A DNA stretch of 64,000 bases from Bacteroidota bacterium (GCA_035516035.1 DATJAS010000029.1:14434-78433); one strand, 5' to 3'. Shown: positions 1 through 10,340, counted from the stretch's first letter. Numbers and translations are program-made. The notes: generated from the letters alone by a model not told the origin.

Positions 1-45
1 TGGCGCCCAAGGCGCCACCGAAGGCGCCCCGAGGCAATCTCACCC
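1..45. repeat. REP/MITE-like hairpin element, copy A (truncated by window start)
   Basis: ggcgcc...ggcgcc palindromes followed by ..gaggcaatctcacc terminus shared with other copies. Confidence 0.6.
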
Positions 46-1926
46 CCCCGCCTTCGGCGCGATGATGGCTTTCAGCAGGTCGGGCCGCGACGTGATCCGC
101 TCGAGGTAGGGATAGCGCTCGCCGCCGTGGTAGTCGATCGTGTACGTCGAGACGTAGTCGCCGTTCTGCGCGATGATCTGCATCGGCGCCGTGGCTTTCG
201 CCGCCAGGCGGATCGCGTCCCGGACCACGTATCTCGTGTACCGTTTCCCGTCCACGGCAATGAGCGTCATCCCGGGGGCAAGCCCGGCCTTCGCCAGCGG
301 CGTGCCCGGGATGACGTCGATGAGCATCCCTTCCTCGTTCACCGTCGCGCCGAGCGAATACCTGATGTCCGTCACGCGCCGGACCTCCTCGAAGTCCTTC
401 TGAAGCGCGTCCAGCGTGTCGCGGTAGGCAAGTCGCCAGCCGGCGCGTTCAATGCCCTCAAGCGGCGCGCGGGGGTTGAGCGAAGTCAGCCTTCCCCTGA
501 GATACGACGCCCAGTCGTACGGCGCGACGTCATTGAGCGTCCTGACGACGTCGTCGAACGTGTAGGGCCTGGTGAGCGGCGGGGTGTCCGATCCTCCGTG
601 GAACTCGCGGCAGAAGTCGTCCATCGATTTGCTGCCGTGCGTCCGCTCCCTGATGATGCCGTCAACGTCAAGCCAGATCAGGTTTCCCTCGTCGTAGTAG
701 TCGACCGTCCTCCTGTATGATTCCCAGTCCTGCCTCGATTCGTAGAGGATCTGGGCGGCGTCGGCGGCGTCCTGGAGCGGCCTCCATGTCCGCCCGGGCC
801 TGTTGTCAAGCTGCGCCGCGATCATTGCCATGTGCTCGCGGTACGTCTCCTGGCTCCAGAGACCGGAGCGGGCCGTGAGCAGGTTCCCAAGGTACTCGGT
901 CAGCCCCTCGTACACCCAGAGGAGATCCCCCTTCATCGGCGTGGTGAAATCTCCCGTGGCGAGACCCTCCGGCCTCCGGTATTTCCCGTTCCACGAATGG
1001 ACAAATTCGTGGGGGAGGAGCCCCGCCCTGAGCACCCTCATGCGGGGGTCGAGGATCGTCCGCTCTGCGACGCGGTCGTCGCTCGACTGGTGGTGCTCCA
1101 GTCCGAAGGACGCTACCTGGTCGCTGAGGGTATACAGGAAATCGTAATGGCGGTAGTGGTGCGCGCCGAAAAGCGCCGTGGCTTCACGAACCAGGTTCTG
1201 GTACTCCCTGACGAGGTCCGGCGGCGCCTCAATGGCCGCCTCCCCGTCTGAAGCGATGTCCAGGAAATGGGGGATTCCCGTCCCGGCGCTGATGTCGATC
1301 CGGTTGACGAATTCCCCCGCCTGCACGGGGGAGTCCACCAGCATGTTGAGCGTGACGGGCTTGAAATCCACTTTGTTCCCGTCCGTGCGTTCGGGCTCCA
1401 GTGCCGTGCCGATCTTCCACCCCGGGGGGAGTACCAGCGACGGTGTCACAATGATGCTATCGGGACGGGGCGAGGAGGGGTAGAGCACCACGGTATTCCA
1501 GCTCAGGACGACGAGGTGCGGCGAGGAATTTGCCCCGGCGGAGTATCCCCTGGCGATCGGGGAGAGTATGTAATCGAACGCGACCCTTATCGATGTAAAG
1601 CCCCTCGGGACCTCGCAGCGAAAGCAATACATGTCCGCCAAATCGCGTCGCCACGGGATGGATCGGACTGTGTCATCCGGTCCTTCGGTCGTGATATGGA
1701 GCCCCACAACGTCGACCACGGGGCCCGTCGGCCCGTGCTCGCCCGGTATCCACTCGGCATACCTCAGCGTGAGCGGGCCCGGTTGCACATCGATCACTTC
1801 GCTCGCATGCACGATTCTCCGCGGCGCCTCCGTCGCATCCACCGTGAGCCTGATGCCGGAGAGCGCCTGAGAGAGCGGCGTGGCAATACAAATGAGGAGG
1901 AGAAATACGGTTCGGCTCGACGGCAT
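40..1926 (-). CDS. M61-family glycyl aminopeptidase-like zinc metallopeptidase with C-terminal PDZ domain (secreted)
   Basis: 628 aa ORF with an N-terminal signal peptide. HEFVHSWNG HExxH zinc motif typical of peptidase M61. C-terminal PDZ-like region (GLAPGMTLIAVDG). Confidence 0.7.
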   Translation of the reverse strand: MPSSRTVFLLLICIATPLSQALSGIRLTVDATEAPRRIVHASEVIDVQPGPLTLRYAEWIPGEHGPTGPVVDVVGLHITTEGPDDTVRSIPWRRDLADMYCFRCEVPRGFTSIRVAFDYILSPIARGYSAGANSSPHLVVLSWNTVVLYPSSPRPDSIIVTPSLVLPPGWKIGTALEPERTDGNKVDFKPVTLNMLVDSPVQAGEFVNRIDISAGTGIPHFLDIASDGEAAIEAPPDLVREYQNLVREATALFGAHHYRHYDFLYTLSDQVASFGLEHHQSSDDRVAERTILDPRMRVLRAGLLPHEFVHSWNGKYRRPEGLATGDFTTPMKGDLLWVYEGLTEYLGNLLTARSGLWSQETYREHMAMIAAQLDNRPGRTWRPLQDAADAAQILYESRQDWESYRRTVDYYDEGNLIWLDVDGIIRERTHGSKSMDDFCREFHGGSDTPPLTRPYTFDDVVRTLNDVAPYDWASYLRGRLTSLNPRAPLEGIERAGWRLAYRDTLDALQKDFEEVRRVTDIRYSLGATVNEEGMLIDVIPGTPLAKAGLAPGMTLIAVDGKRYTRYVVRDAIRLAAKATAPMQIIAQNGDYVSTYTIDYHGGERYPYLERITSRPDLLKAIIAPKAGG

Positions 1927-2105
1927 GTGCGTCCCTTTCCAGTGAGGGATTAGCGAGGAGTGACTCTTTGTTGAACTGCGAAAAATGATAGATAAAATAT
2001 CACTATGATGCCACTGATTTGACAGAATCCGGTGCGCCCGTTAGATTCTGGTATCCCCCGCTGAATCAACCCCTGAACGCCTGCACCAGTCGGCAGGAGG
2101 TTCCT

Positions 2106-4646
2106 ATGAATTCGCTCCGCCCCCTTCTTTTCGCATCACTCGCCGTCCTTGCAAGCACTTCATGGGCTCCGGGCCAATCGAACCCCGCGGCGGATATCGC
2201 CGCCTACGAGGCATTCCTCGCATCGCACACGGACCTGAGCACGACGCAACTCCTCGCCATGCACCCGGCGGGGACGTTCTCGGCGCACGCGGCCGTCTCT
2301 CCCGATCAGCTCGCGTACTATCACCTCATAGATTCCTGCTACCAGCTCACGGCATACGAGACCGGGCTCATTGCCGACCACGGGTTCATGGTGACGGACC
2401 GCATCCAGAAGCAGTCTTTTGGCAATGCGTTCATCGAAATCTACAACCGCGATCTTCCCGTCTTTGTGTCCGTCGATGCGATCCTCCACGCGGTCCACTC
2501 GTCTTATGACGTCATACTCAAGTCTGCTGAGGAGCAGTTCCTCATACCGGAAGTCGACTCATTGATCGCGGATCTTCGGGCCGGGATGCCGGCGCTGGCG
2601 GCGGCATACGGTCCTGAACCCGCAATGGGGGCGATGCTTCGCGACATCGATGTCTATCTCACCGTGGCTTCTGCACTTCTCGGGCAGTCCTCGGTTCCGT
2701 TTTTCCCGGAAGACGCGGCGAACGTCGGAAGCATACTCGTCCTGGTCGCAAACCTGGCCCCGGCGCAGGTTCCACTGTTTTCTTCGACTCCTCGAATGAT
2801 AGACTTCAGCCAGTTCACGATACGGGGACACTATACGGAATCGCCTGAGCTCGGGGAATATTTCCAGGCGATGATCTGGCTCGGCAGGACGGAGATATAC
2901 CTGATCCCCCCCGTGGCAGGCGGGCTGGCACCGTCGCAGACCTCCGCCGACATCCAGCGTCAGACGATTGACGGCGCGCTCCTGGTGGAATCGCTCTCGC
3001 GCGCGGGGGCGTTCCCCCTCCTCGGGAAGATCGACGGCGTTATCCGCATGTTCGCAGGGGAGCCGGATAACGTGACGTTCCCGGAAATGCAGACGCTCCT
3101 CGGCTGGACCGGTATCACGGCGGCGGATATGCTCCTCGACACCACGAAACTCGCGGCATTCCAGGACACGCTCATTGCCGAGCCGTTTGCATTCCAGAGA
3201 ATCAACTCCCAGATCCTGGCGAGTCCCGATCCGCTCCACCCGGCGACCATGAAGCCCGCCTCCTCATTGCTCCTGCTCGGGCAGCGGTTCGTGGCGGACT
3301 CCTACGTCACGGGGAACCTGGTGTACGACAGGATCAGCTATCAGGGGACAGCGGTGTGGCGGGCCCTCCCGTCCAGGTTCGACGTCCTGTATGCGCTCGG
3401 CAACGACGCTGCCGCTCAGCTCCTCGTGCCGGAGCTCGATCAGTACCACTACGCGACAAATCTCGCGGCGATGCGCTACCTGATCGACGGCTATGATGCC
3501 GGTTTCTGGACAGGGTCGCTGTACAACGCCTGGCTCGCCATGATCCGGGCGTGTAACCCTCCTCCTGATCGATCGACGCTGCCGCCCTTCATGGCTACCG
3601 CTTCCTGGTGGCAGGAGAAAATGAACACGCAGCTTGCCTCGTGGGCGGAGCTGAGGCACGATAATCTCCTCTACGCAAAGCAGTCGTATACCGTCGTTCC
3701 AATCTGCTCGTATCCCCGGAGCTATGTCGAGCCCATTCCGGCCTTCTTTGACGCTGCGGGGACGCTGGCGAGAGTCGGCAGGGACCGGCTTGCCCCGCTC
3801 TTCGGGACGGCGTGGGTGGGTCAAAGTCTTGCATCGTATTTCGGGACGCTCGCTGGTGTGACCGATACGCTCGGTTCGATCGCCCGGAAGGAGCTTGCCG
3901 GAACTTCGCTGAGCGCGGCTGAGGCCGGTTTCCTCACCCGGATGGTGTACCAGGATTCCTGGATAACATGCGGCGAGCCTGCCTCGGGATGGTATTTCAC
4001 GTTGTACTACCAGGGGAACAAATTTACACAGGCGGACTACATCGCAGCGGATGTCCACACGTGCCCGGCCGATGCCAGCGGGGATCTGGTCGGCTGGGTA
4101 TGGCACGTCGGTACCGGTCCCCTGAGCATGGCCCTCGTCGCGGCAAACACGGCTGACTGCGGATCGTTTGCCTGCATCGGGCCCGTGGCGGGTTACAGGG
4201 AATTCGTGACGAGCGGGTTCCTCCGGCTTACCGATGAACAGTGGAGCGCATCATACGCGCTCCTTGCTGCGAACCGGCCGTCGTTCGTGAATATCTACCT
4301 CGCGGACAGCGCCGGACATTCGCGCGGGGCCGGTGAGTCTCTTCTCACGGGCGTAGCACCCGGTGGAGCCACCGCGATTCCGCAAACGGCGGTCCTCTTT
4401 CAGAACTATCCCAATCCGTTCAACCCCTCAACGACAATCGGGTTCGTCCTGCCGGGGAGGTGCGCGGTGACGCTCGCGGTCTACAACACGCTCGGGCAGT
4501 GCGTCGCGACACTTCACGACGGCCTGCTCGATGCGGGGTATCACTCGGTCCGCTTCGATGCGGCCGGGCTGGCGAGCGGTGTCTATTTCTACCGCCTGCG
4601 CGCCGGCGATTTTGTGCAAACGAAGGGCCTCGCCGTGGTGAAGTAA
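2106..4646 (+). CDS. large secreted protein with T9SS C-terminal sorting domain (Por_Secre_tail); catalytic function unknown
   Basis: Internal ATG at 2106 preceded by GGAGG; signal peptide MNSLRPLLFASLAVLAST. Last ~80 aa (FQNYPNPFNPSTTIGF...GVYFYRLRAGDFVQTKGLAVVK) match the T9SS CTD consensus. Confidence 0.7.
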   Translation: MNSLRPLLFASLAVLASTSWAPGQSNPAADIAAYEAFLASHTDLSTTQLLAMHPAGTFSAHAAVSPDQLAYYHLIDSCYQLTAYETGLIADHGFMVTDRIQKQSFGNAFIEIYNRDLPVFVSVDAILHAVHSSYDVILKSAEEQFLIPEVDSLIADLRAGMPALAAAYGPEPAMGAMLRDIDVYLTVASALLGQSSVPFFPEDAANVGSILVLVANLAPAQVPLFSSTPRMIDFSQFTIRGHYTESPELGEYFQAMIWLGRTEIYLIPPVAGGLAPSQTSADIQRQTIDGALLVESLSRAGAFPLLGKIDGVIRMFAGEPDNVTFPEMQTLLGWTGITAADMLLDTTKLAAFQDTLIAEPFAFQRINSQILASPDPLHPATMKPASSLLLLGQRFVADSYVTGNLVYDRISYQGTAVWRALPSRFDVLYALGNDAAAQLLVPELDQYHYATNLAAMRYLIDGYDAGFWTGSLYNAWLAMIRACNPPPDRSTLPPFMATASWWQEKMNTQLASWAELRHDNLLYAKQSYTVVPICSYPRSYVEPIPAFFDAAGTLARVGRDRLAPLFGTAWVGQSLASYFGTLAGVTDTLGSIARKELAGTSLSAAEAGFLTRMVYQDSWITCGEPASGWYFTLYYQGNKFTQADYIAADVHTCPADASGDLVGWVWHVGTGPLSMALVAANTADCGSFACIGPVAGYREFVTSGFLRLTDEQWSASYALLAANRPSFVNIYLADSAGHSRGAGESLLTGVAPGGATAIPQTAVLFQNYPNPFNPSTTIGFVLPGRCAVTLAVYNTLGQCVATLHDGLLDAGYHSVRFDAAGLASGVYFYRLRAGDFVQTKGLAVVK

Positions 4647-4652
4647 CCATCT

Positions 4653-4700
4653 CTGTCATTGCGACGAAGTCCGCTTCTTGGCGTGGCGATCTCACCGTGA
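4653..4700. repeat. REP/MITE-like element, copy B (degenerate)
   Basis: gtcattgcgacgaag...ggcgatctcacc. Confidence 0.5.
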
Positions 4701-4728
4701 CGCGGTGATTGTCCTCAAAGGCTGCCGC

Positions 4729-7700
4729 CTATTGTCCGGTACAGAGGAGCCGCACGGGGCCGAGAAGCCCCGATGGAAGCAGCGGCGACTTCGCGGTATA
4801 GTGCCGCCACGTCGCGAACGTGTGCCGCGCGGGGGGGCGCAGGGGGTCTGCGCCCCGCAGCCATCGCGGCCACCGGATGAGATTCCCGCCAGGGCCGTAT
4901 GCGGCATCGGGGCGCATCTTTTCATCGCCGATCAGCCTGTTCGGCCAGAGATTGGCGACACGTATCTCCAGCGTGTTGCCCCTGATCCTCAGGGCGTCCG
5001 TAACCTCGACACGCCACGGGGCGCACCAGACCGTGCCCAGGCTGTGCCCGTTCAGCCGCACGCTCGCCATGTTCTTCACGACGCCGAGATCGAGCCACAC
5101 CCTCGCGGTGCCGCCCGCTGCGCGAGCGGCGGGGTGGGGGCGATCGAACTTCGCAACGTACGTCGCGACCCCTGAATAGTACCTGATACCCTTTTCGGGC
5201 CTGGCTGTCCAGTCCTCAAGATGCCTGAATGTCTCGCGGCCCGGCCCGCCAAGCGATGTGTCAAAGGACACCCTCCACGGTCCCCCGATCACTCCGAGCG
5301 TATCGAGAGCAGGGAAATCAGTGCCAGGCCCGGCCAGTGGGGCGTGCCTGAATACGACGAAGTACGACTGGAGCGGCTCGAATCGGATGGGGAGCGTCGT
5401 GAGTCCCGCCGAGACAGAGTAGTCATGCATGTCGCGCGTGACGCCCGTGAGGGGGTCCCAGAGCTCGGGCTGCATCCCCGCGGTGCGGAATACGCAGATC
5501 GCCTGCACGGCCTTCTCCTCCGGGTTTGCGACGAAATAGATCCCGGCCCCGTCAACCTCCCTGTGCGTGTACCGGATGTGGACGTCGGACGAGAAATCAG
5601 GAGGCACGCCGTCCCGGGCCAGCAATCTCGTCACGAACCCGTAGTCGGCGTACTGTTCCTGCTCCATTGCACCTGTCCCGCTCCTGAGCGAATCCGTCTC
5701 TTTCCAGGTCGCGCGGTCCCACACCACCCGGCCCTTCCCGAATGCGTGTGATTTCACACGGACGCCGTCGCAGTCTCCCCAGAGATCCTCCGCGAGCGCG
5801 CGCACCCGTTCGTCGCAGGCCGGGAAATCGGAGAGCCCGGGCGATTTTTCAGGCCGGGGCCCGACGACCGTCGCTCCCTCCCGGACGAGGTCGCGGACCT
5901 TCCCGAGCAGCGCGGGCGACATTGTCTTTCGCTCCGGGAGGACCAGGAGGCGATAGCTCATGCCGCCGGGCAGCGTGAGCCTGCCGTCGCGCACACTCAT
6001 GTCCGCCATGAACACATCGGGAGCGCAGCCGTCAAAGTTGTACCCCTCTCTGTCCGGAGGATCCCCCCGGAGCGCCGAGGCAGGGGGACGGAACACCTCC
6101 GGCGCTCCCTCGGCGACAAGGAAGCAGACGTCGGCCACGGGGAGTCCCTGCATGAGCAGGAACTGGCAGCGGGAAAGGTATGTATGGTAGGCGGGGACCA
6201 TTTCCCACCAGGTTTGCGTCCGCTCCCAGTGGACCCCGAAAGGGCCCATCGTCATGCCGGGCGCGAGGTGAAGCCACGGCTGGTGCTGGTAGCGGTGGAA
6301 GACGAACCGGTTTACCCCCGACGCAAATGCCCAGTCACCGAGCGACTTCATCGAGCCGGGCCAGCCCTGCCATTTCTCCCCGTCGCCCGACGTGAACGCC
6401 TCCGCGTCCACTTCAGGCTTTCCGGTTGTGTGCGCAATCGAAGTCGCCTCGAAGACGCTGTACGACGTGTTAAACCCGTAGAGCCAGAACTCGCACATCG
6501 GGACGTCGGCAATCGATCCGAGGCTCATATCTGCGCACGGTGTCATGTCGTACGGTTCGATGGAAAGCGTGAGCCCGTCTCGACGGCCGAGATCCCTGAG
6601 ATGCCTGGCGTGGTTTTCGAGAAGAAGCTCCCCGGCGGTCGCCCTGAGGTCCCAGAGGAATCTCTCCGACGTTTCACGGTCTCTGACGATCGCCCCCGTG
6701 AGCGCGGGAAGGTACGGGAAGATATCGTAACCTCTTCGCCGGGTGAACTCCTCTCTGAATCGGCCCGTCCAGTTCTGCGAGCCCATCTCCCAGCTATCGA
6801 TGTGCAGCATCGTCCAGCCCCCTCCTCCTGCCCGATTCCGGGGCCCGATCTCCCGGAGGAGAGACCCGATGAACGCATCGTAGTGCGCGTTGAGTGCGGC
6901 GGTGTCGAGCTTGTCGCATTCGAGCCCGAGTCCCGGAACGGGAGCCGGTCGCGAGTTCGCTCCGTTGCTCGTCCGGCCGAACCGCGCGATTGTCCAGCGT
7001 CCTGGCGGTACATGCCACGCCAGCCGTCCCCCCACGGAGAGCCTGGACGTAATGTCAACGACGTTCGTCGGGTCAACTGCCGCACCCGCGGGCAGTTCCG
7101 GATACGCGCTCTCCACTGGAATGAACGGCTTCACCCCCTTCTGTGACGAATAGGGTGCCCGCACGTAGAGGGCTTTCTCGTTAATGTCGGGAATTGTATC
7201 TGCAGCGGATGGTGTCGGATACGCAAGCACGCCGACGTCGCGGTAGTAATCGTTTTTCGCCTGCTCCAGCGGGGCGGGGAGCAGCGAGTCGCCGAAGAAC
7301 GCCCGGCGCCTGGAGGGGCGGGGGAGGAATCCATCGAACATCGCGGGACCGCTCACCCGGGTGGTTGCCCCCACCAGGAGCTGCATTGAGTTCTCAGGAG
7401 TCACCCAGGGGCCGCCGCTCCCCGTCCATCCGGGTCCTGAAAGAAGCGTCACCTGAATCCCGCACCGCTCCGCCTCTCTCACAACGTGTTTGAACAGCTC
7501 CTTCCACGCGGGACTCATAAACTTGACCGGTCCACGCGGGATTCCCACGTTCACCTCCATGATCATGACGCCGCCGATGCCCGCCCGCTTCATCGACTCG
7601 AGATCGGCGGTGATCCCTTTGCGGCTCAGGTTCCCGTCCATCCAGACCCAGTAAACCCAGGGCCGCACCGAATCTGGAGGAGTGCGAAAGCCCGCCTCGA

Positions 7701-7770
7701 GTCCGGGGTCACCCGCGCGGAGTCCGCCGGGGTGAATTATCGTAATAAGAGAAATGATGAGCGCTCGCAT
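4729..7770 (-). CDS. large secreted glycoside-hydrolase-like protein (TIM-barrel-like N-terminal region, galactose-binding-like C-terminal domain)
   Basis: Internal Met (residue 33 of ORF) followed by a signal peptide. PWVYWVWMDGNLSRKGITADLESMKRAGIGG motif common in Bacteroidetes-type glycosidases. C-terminal GH2-like sugar-binding jelly-roll region (VRLNGHSLGTVW...LEIRVANLWPNRLIGDE). Exact GH family not resolved. Confidence 0.55.
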   Translation of the reverse strand: MRALIISLITIIHPGGLRAGDPGLEAGFRTPPDSVRPWVYWVWMDGNLSRKGITADLESMKRAGIGGVMIMEVNVGIPRGPVKFMSPAWKELFKHVVREAERCGIQVTLLSGPGWTGSGGPWVTPENSMQLLVGATTRVSGPAMFDGFLPRPSRRRAFFGDSLLPAPLEQAKNDYYRDVGVLAYPTPSAADTIPDINEKALYVRAPYSSQKGVKPFIPVESAYPELPAGAAVDPTNVVDITSRLSVGGRLAWHVPPGRWTIARFGRTSNGANSRPAPVPGLGLECDKLDTAALNAHYDAFIGSLLREIGPRNRAGGGGWTMLHIDSWEMGSQNWTGRFREEFTRRRGYDIFPYLPALTGAIVRDRETSERFLWDLRATAGELLLENHARHLRDLGRRDGLTLSIEPYDMTPCADMSLGSIADVPMCEFWLYGFNTSYSVFEATSIAHTTGKPEVDAEAFTSGDGEKWQGWPGSMKSLGDWAFASGVNRFVFHRYQHQPWLHLAPGMTMGPFGVHWERTQTWWEMVPAYHTYLSRCQFLLMQGLPVADVCFLVAEGAPEVFRPPASALRGDPPDREGYNFDGCAPDVFMADMSVRDGRLTLPGGMSYRLLVLPERKTMSPALLGKVRDLVREGATVVGPRPEKSPGLSDFPACDERVRALAEDLWGDCDGVRVKSHAFGKGRVVWDRATWKETDSLRSGTGAMEQEQYADYGFVTRLLARDGVPPDFSSDVHIRYTHREVDGAGIYFVANPEEKAVQAICVFRTAGMQPELWDPLTGVTRDMHDYSVSAGLTTLPIRFEPLQSYFVVFRHAPLAGPGTDFPALDTLGVIGGPWRVSFDTSLGGPGRETFRHLEDWTARPEKGIRYYSGVATYVAKFDRPHPAARAAGGTARVWLDLGVVKNMASVRLNGHSLGTVWCAPWRVEVTDALRIRGNTLEIRVANLWPNRLIGDEKMRPDAAYGPGGNLIRWPRWLRGADPLRPPARHTFATWRHYTAKSPLLPSGLLGPVRLLCTGQ

Positions 7771-7992
7771 CGCGCGTCTGCCCGTGTGAGCGGGGGAAGG
7801 GGACACGTGGATCTCCGGGAAATAATCGTGGGACTGCAATGTACTGGAAACGGTCAATAACCTCAATTCCCTGCGGGGGAGGATTATTCGAAGGATTATC
7901 CGTGCACAAAATCGTCCCGTCGAGGAACCACCTAGCGCAGCCGGCGTTATTTTCAGTTGTGCATCCGCAACTCACCCGTCCGTTCACACACG

Positions 7993-8304
7993 ATGGAGGC
8001 GTTCATGTTCATGTCCAGGGAGATCATGCACTGCAAACCCGGGAAAGTGAAGGAGCTTGTCGAGAAGTTCAAGGTCCTCTCCGGAGCGATGAAGGAGATG
8101 GGGCTTCCCCCCGTGAGAGTCTACACAGACGTGAGCGGGGAGCAATACTGGACCGTGGTCGTCGAACAGGACGTGAACAGCCTCGACGAAATGGCGAATA
8201 TCGCCCGCAAGACGATGTCAGACCCAAAGGTCGCTGCCGCGATGAAGGGGTACCACGAGCTGGTGAACGACGGCCGCCGCGAGCTCTACAGGGCGGAGCA
8301 GTAA
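7993..8304 (+). CDS. hypothetical small cytoplasmic protein
   Basis: ~100 aa ORF in a coding-dense context, followed by a REP hairpin. Start codon uncertain (ATG at 7993, 8005 or 8011). Confidence 0.4.
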   Translation: MEAFMFMSREIMHCKPGKVKELVEKFKVLSGAMKEMGLPPVRVYTDVSGEQYWTVVVEQDVNSLDEMANIARKTMSDPKVAAAMKGYHELVNDGRRELYRAEQ

Positions 8305-8311
8305 CTCCTCC

Positions 8312-8350
8312 GTCATTGCGAGGGGCGCCGAAGGCGCCCCGAAGCAATCT
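8312..8350. repeat. REP/MITE-like element, copy C
   Basis: cgtcattgcgag-gggcgccgaaggcgcccc-gaagcaatct. Confidence 0.7.
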
Positions 8351-8507
8351 CCAGACGACGTCTACTGTGCTATACAGTGCGCTGCCTTTCGGAGAACAAA
8401 ACAGCCGGTTTCAGCGCGGGATTGATCAGTCGCTTCTGGCACAGCGATTGAATGATTAGCCCCCAACGTGCGACAGGCACAAACACTCATCACTCCGGGG
8501 GGAAGTC

Positions 8508-8825
8508 ATGAAGAAGCTAGTGCTACTCTGTAGTCTGATCGTCCTCGCCGCGGCGTTCGCATCCGCGCAGACTGCAACGCCGCGCGTTGCCAGGCGGCAG
8601 CTCAAGCAACAGGCGAGAATCGAGCAGGGTGTGAAAAGCGGCGAGCTGACCGCGCGAGAAACGAAGCACCTCGAACTTCAGCAGGCGAAGATACAGGCGG
8701 ACAAGCGTAAAGCCAAATCCGACGGCGTCGTCACGCCTGCCGAGCGTGCGAAGCTCGCACGCGAGCAGAATCGGGCCAGCCGGACAATTTATCGCCTCAA
8801 GCACAACGACAGAGAAGCAAAGTAG
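8508..8825 (+). CDS. small secreted lysine/arginine-rich hypothetical protein
   Basis: Purine-rich RBS upstream; signal peptide MKKLVLLCSLIVLAAAFASAQ. Followed by a GC palindrome hairpin at 8838-8862. Confidence 0.55.
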   Translation: MKKLVLLCSLIVLAAAFASAQTATPRVARRQLKQQARIEQGVKSGELTARETKHLELQQAKIQADKRKAKSDGVVTPAERAKLAREQNRASRTIYRLKHNDREAK

Positions 8826-8837
8826 TTATATTTCAAT

Positions 8838-8862
8838 GGGGGGCGCCCCTGGCGCCCCCTCC
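8838..8862 (+). terminator. GC palindrome hairpin downstream of 8508..8825 gene (REP-core-like)
   Basis: ggggggcgcccctggcgccccc perfect inverted repeat. Confidence 0.45.
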
Positions 8863-8870
8863 AGTATACC

Positions 8871-10340
8871 ATGCCATCCCTCTCCAAATCCCGTTACCTC
8901 GACGGTCTCAAGTGCGAGAAGCTCCTCTGGTACCAGTACAACGCGAAAGAGGAGATTCCCCCGGTCGACGCCGCCACGCAGGCGGTCTTTGACCAGGGGT
9001 ATGAGGTGGGCGCTCTCGCCCGCTCCCTCTTCCCCCGGGGAATCGAAATCGGGGGTGACTACAGGGACTACGAGGGGGCACTGCGTAAGACCGCCGAAGC
9101 CGTGAAGCTCCGGAGGCCGGTCTTCGAAGGGGCCTTCGCCTTTGGAGGAGGGTTCGCGCGCGCCGATATTCTCCTGCCGGCAGGGCGCTCGCGGTGGGAT
9201 CTCATCGAGGTCAAGAGCTCCACGGAGTTGAAGGAGGTCCACGTCGAGGACGTCGCGCTCCAGAAATACGTCTACTCCGGGGCGGGGATCGATCTCCGGA
9301 AGTGCGAGGTGATGTTGATCGACAGGACTTACGTCCGGCACGGGGCGGTGGATGCGGCGAAGCTCTTCGTGCGCAAAGACGTGACCGCCGATGCGGACGC
9401 GCTCATCCCCGAGATCGGGCCGCGTCTCGCCAGGATGATTGAAGTGATCGGGCTGAAGAAGTATCCCCTCGTCAACATCGGCCCCCACTGCAGCTCCCCG
9501 TACGGCTGCCCGATGCACGAGATTTGTTGGGACTTTCTCCCTTCGAGAAACGTCCTCGGCATCGCCCGCATCGGGGCAAAGGGGTGGGAACTTCTCGGGA
9601 AGGGGATCGTCGAGGCCGCCGATATCCCGCGGGATTTCCGGCTGAGCGAACTCCAGGCTATCCAGGTCGATGCCGCGCGGAAGGGGAAACCGCGCGTGGT
9701 CAGGGAGGAGATCGCGGAGTTTCTCTCACAGCTCGAATACCCTCTCTGGTTCCTCGATTTCGAGACGTTCGGCACCGCGATCCCCCTGTTCGACGAGTCA
9801 AGCCCGTTCGAGAACATCCCGTTTCAATTCTCGCTTCACGTCGTCCGGAAGAAGGGGGGCAAACCCGAACATCGCGGGTTTCTGGCCGAAGGGAAGCACG
9901 ACCCGCGCCCGGCGCTTATTGATTCGCTCACCGGCCTCATCGGCGCGAAGGGCTCCGTGATCGCCTACCACGCTTCATTTGAGAAAGCCGTCATCAGGAA
10001 GCTGAGCGAGCATTTTCCCCGCCTGGGGAAATTCCGGGATTCGATCGAAGAACGGTTGGTGGATCTGGAAGACCCGTTCAAATCGCTCGCCTGGTATCAC
10101 CCGGACCAGGAAGGGAGCTCATCCATCAAGGTGGTACTACCGGCCCTGACCGGGAGAACCTACGAAGGGCTCGATATTGCAGAAGGAGGGACTGCAAGCC
10201 GTGAGTTTCTCCGCGTGACGCACGGGGACGTTCCCCAGGCTGAGAGGGAGAAGACGCGCCGGCAGCTTGAAGAATACTGTGCACTTGATACCTCCGGGAT
10301 GATCACTATCCTGGATGCTCTTGAGAGGATAGCAGGATAG
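8871..10340 (+). CDS. DUF2779-like protein: N-terminal PD-(D/E)XK-type nuclease-like region fused to C-terminal DEDD-type 3'-5' exonuclease-like region
   Basis: N-terminal LSKSRYLDGLKCEKLLWY resembles DUF2779 starts. C-terminal FLDFETFGTAIP resembles DnaQ-like Exo I motif (DxE). Confidence 0.55.
   Translation: MPSLSKSRYLDGLKCEKLLWYQYNAKEEIPPVDAATQAVFDQGYEVGALARSLFPRGIEIGGDYRDYEGALRKTAEAVKLRRPVFEGAFAFGGGFARADILLPAGRSRWDLIEVKSSTELKEVHVEDVALQKYVYSGAGIDLRKCEVMLIDRTYVRHGAVDAAKLFVRKDVTADADALIPEIGPRLARMIEVIGLKKYPLVNIGPHCSSPYGCPMHEICWDFLPSRNVLGIARIGAKGWELLGKGIVEAADIPRDFRLSELQAIQVDAARKGKPRVVREEIAEFLSQLEYPLWFLDFETFGTAIPLFDESSPFENIPFQFSLHVVRKKGGKPEHRGFLAEGKHDPRPALIDSLTGLIGAKGSVIAYHASFEKAVIRKLSEHFPRLGKFRDSIEERLVDLEDPFKSLAWYHPDQEGSSSIKVVLPALTGRTYEGLDIAEGGTASREFLRVTHGDVPQAEREKTRRQLEEYCALDTSGMITILDALERIAG

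Noticed and set aside
127-720. Plus-strand ORFs overlapping the M61 peptidase gene
   Set aside because: Overlap a strongly supported minus-strand gene. Low-complexity Arg/Pro-rich translations.
6184-7146. 320-aa plus-strand ORF antisense to the glycoside-hydrolase-like gene
   Set aside because: Antisense high-GC artefact. No start or RBS context or motifs.
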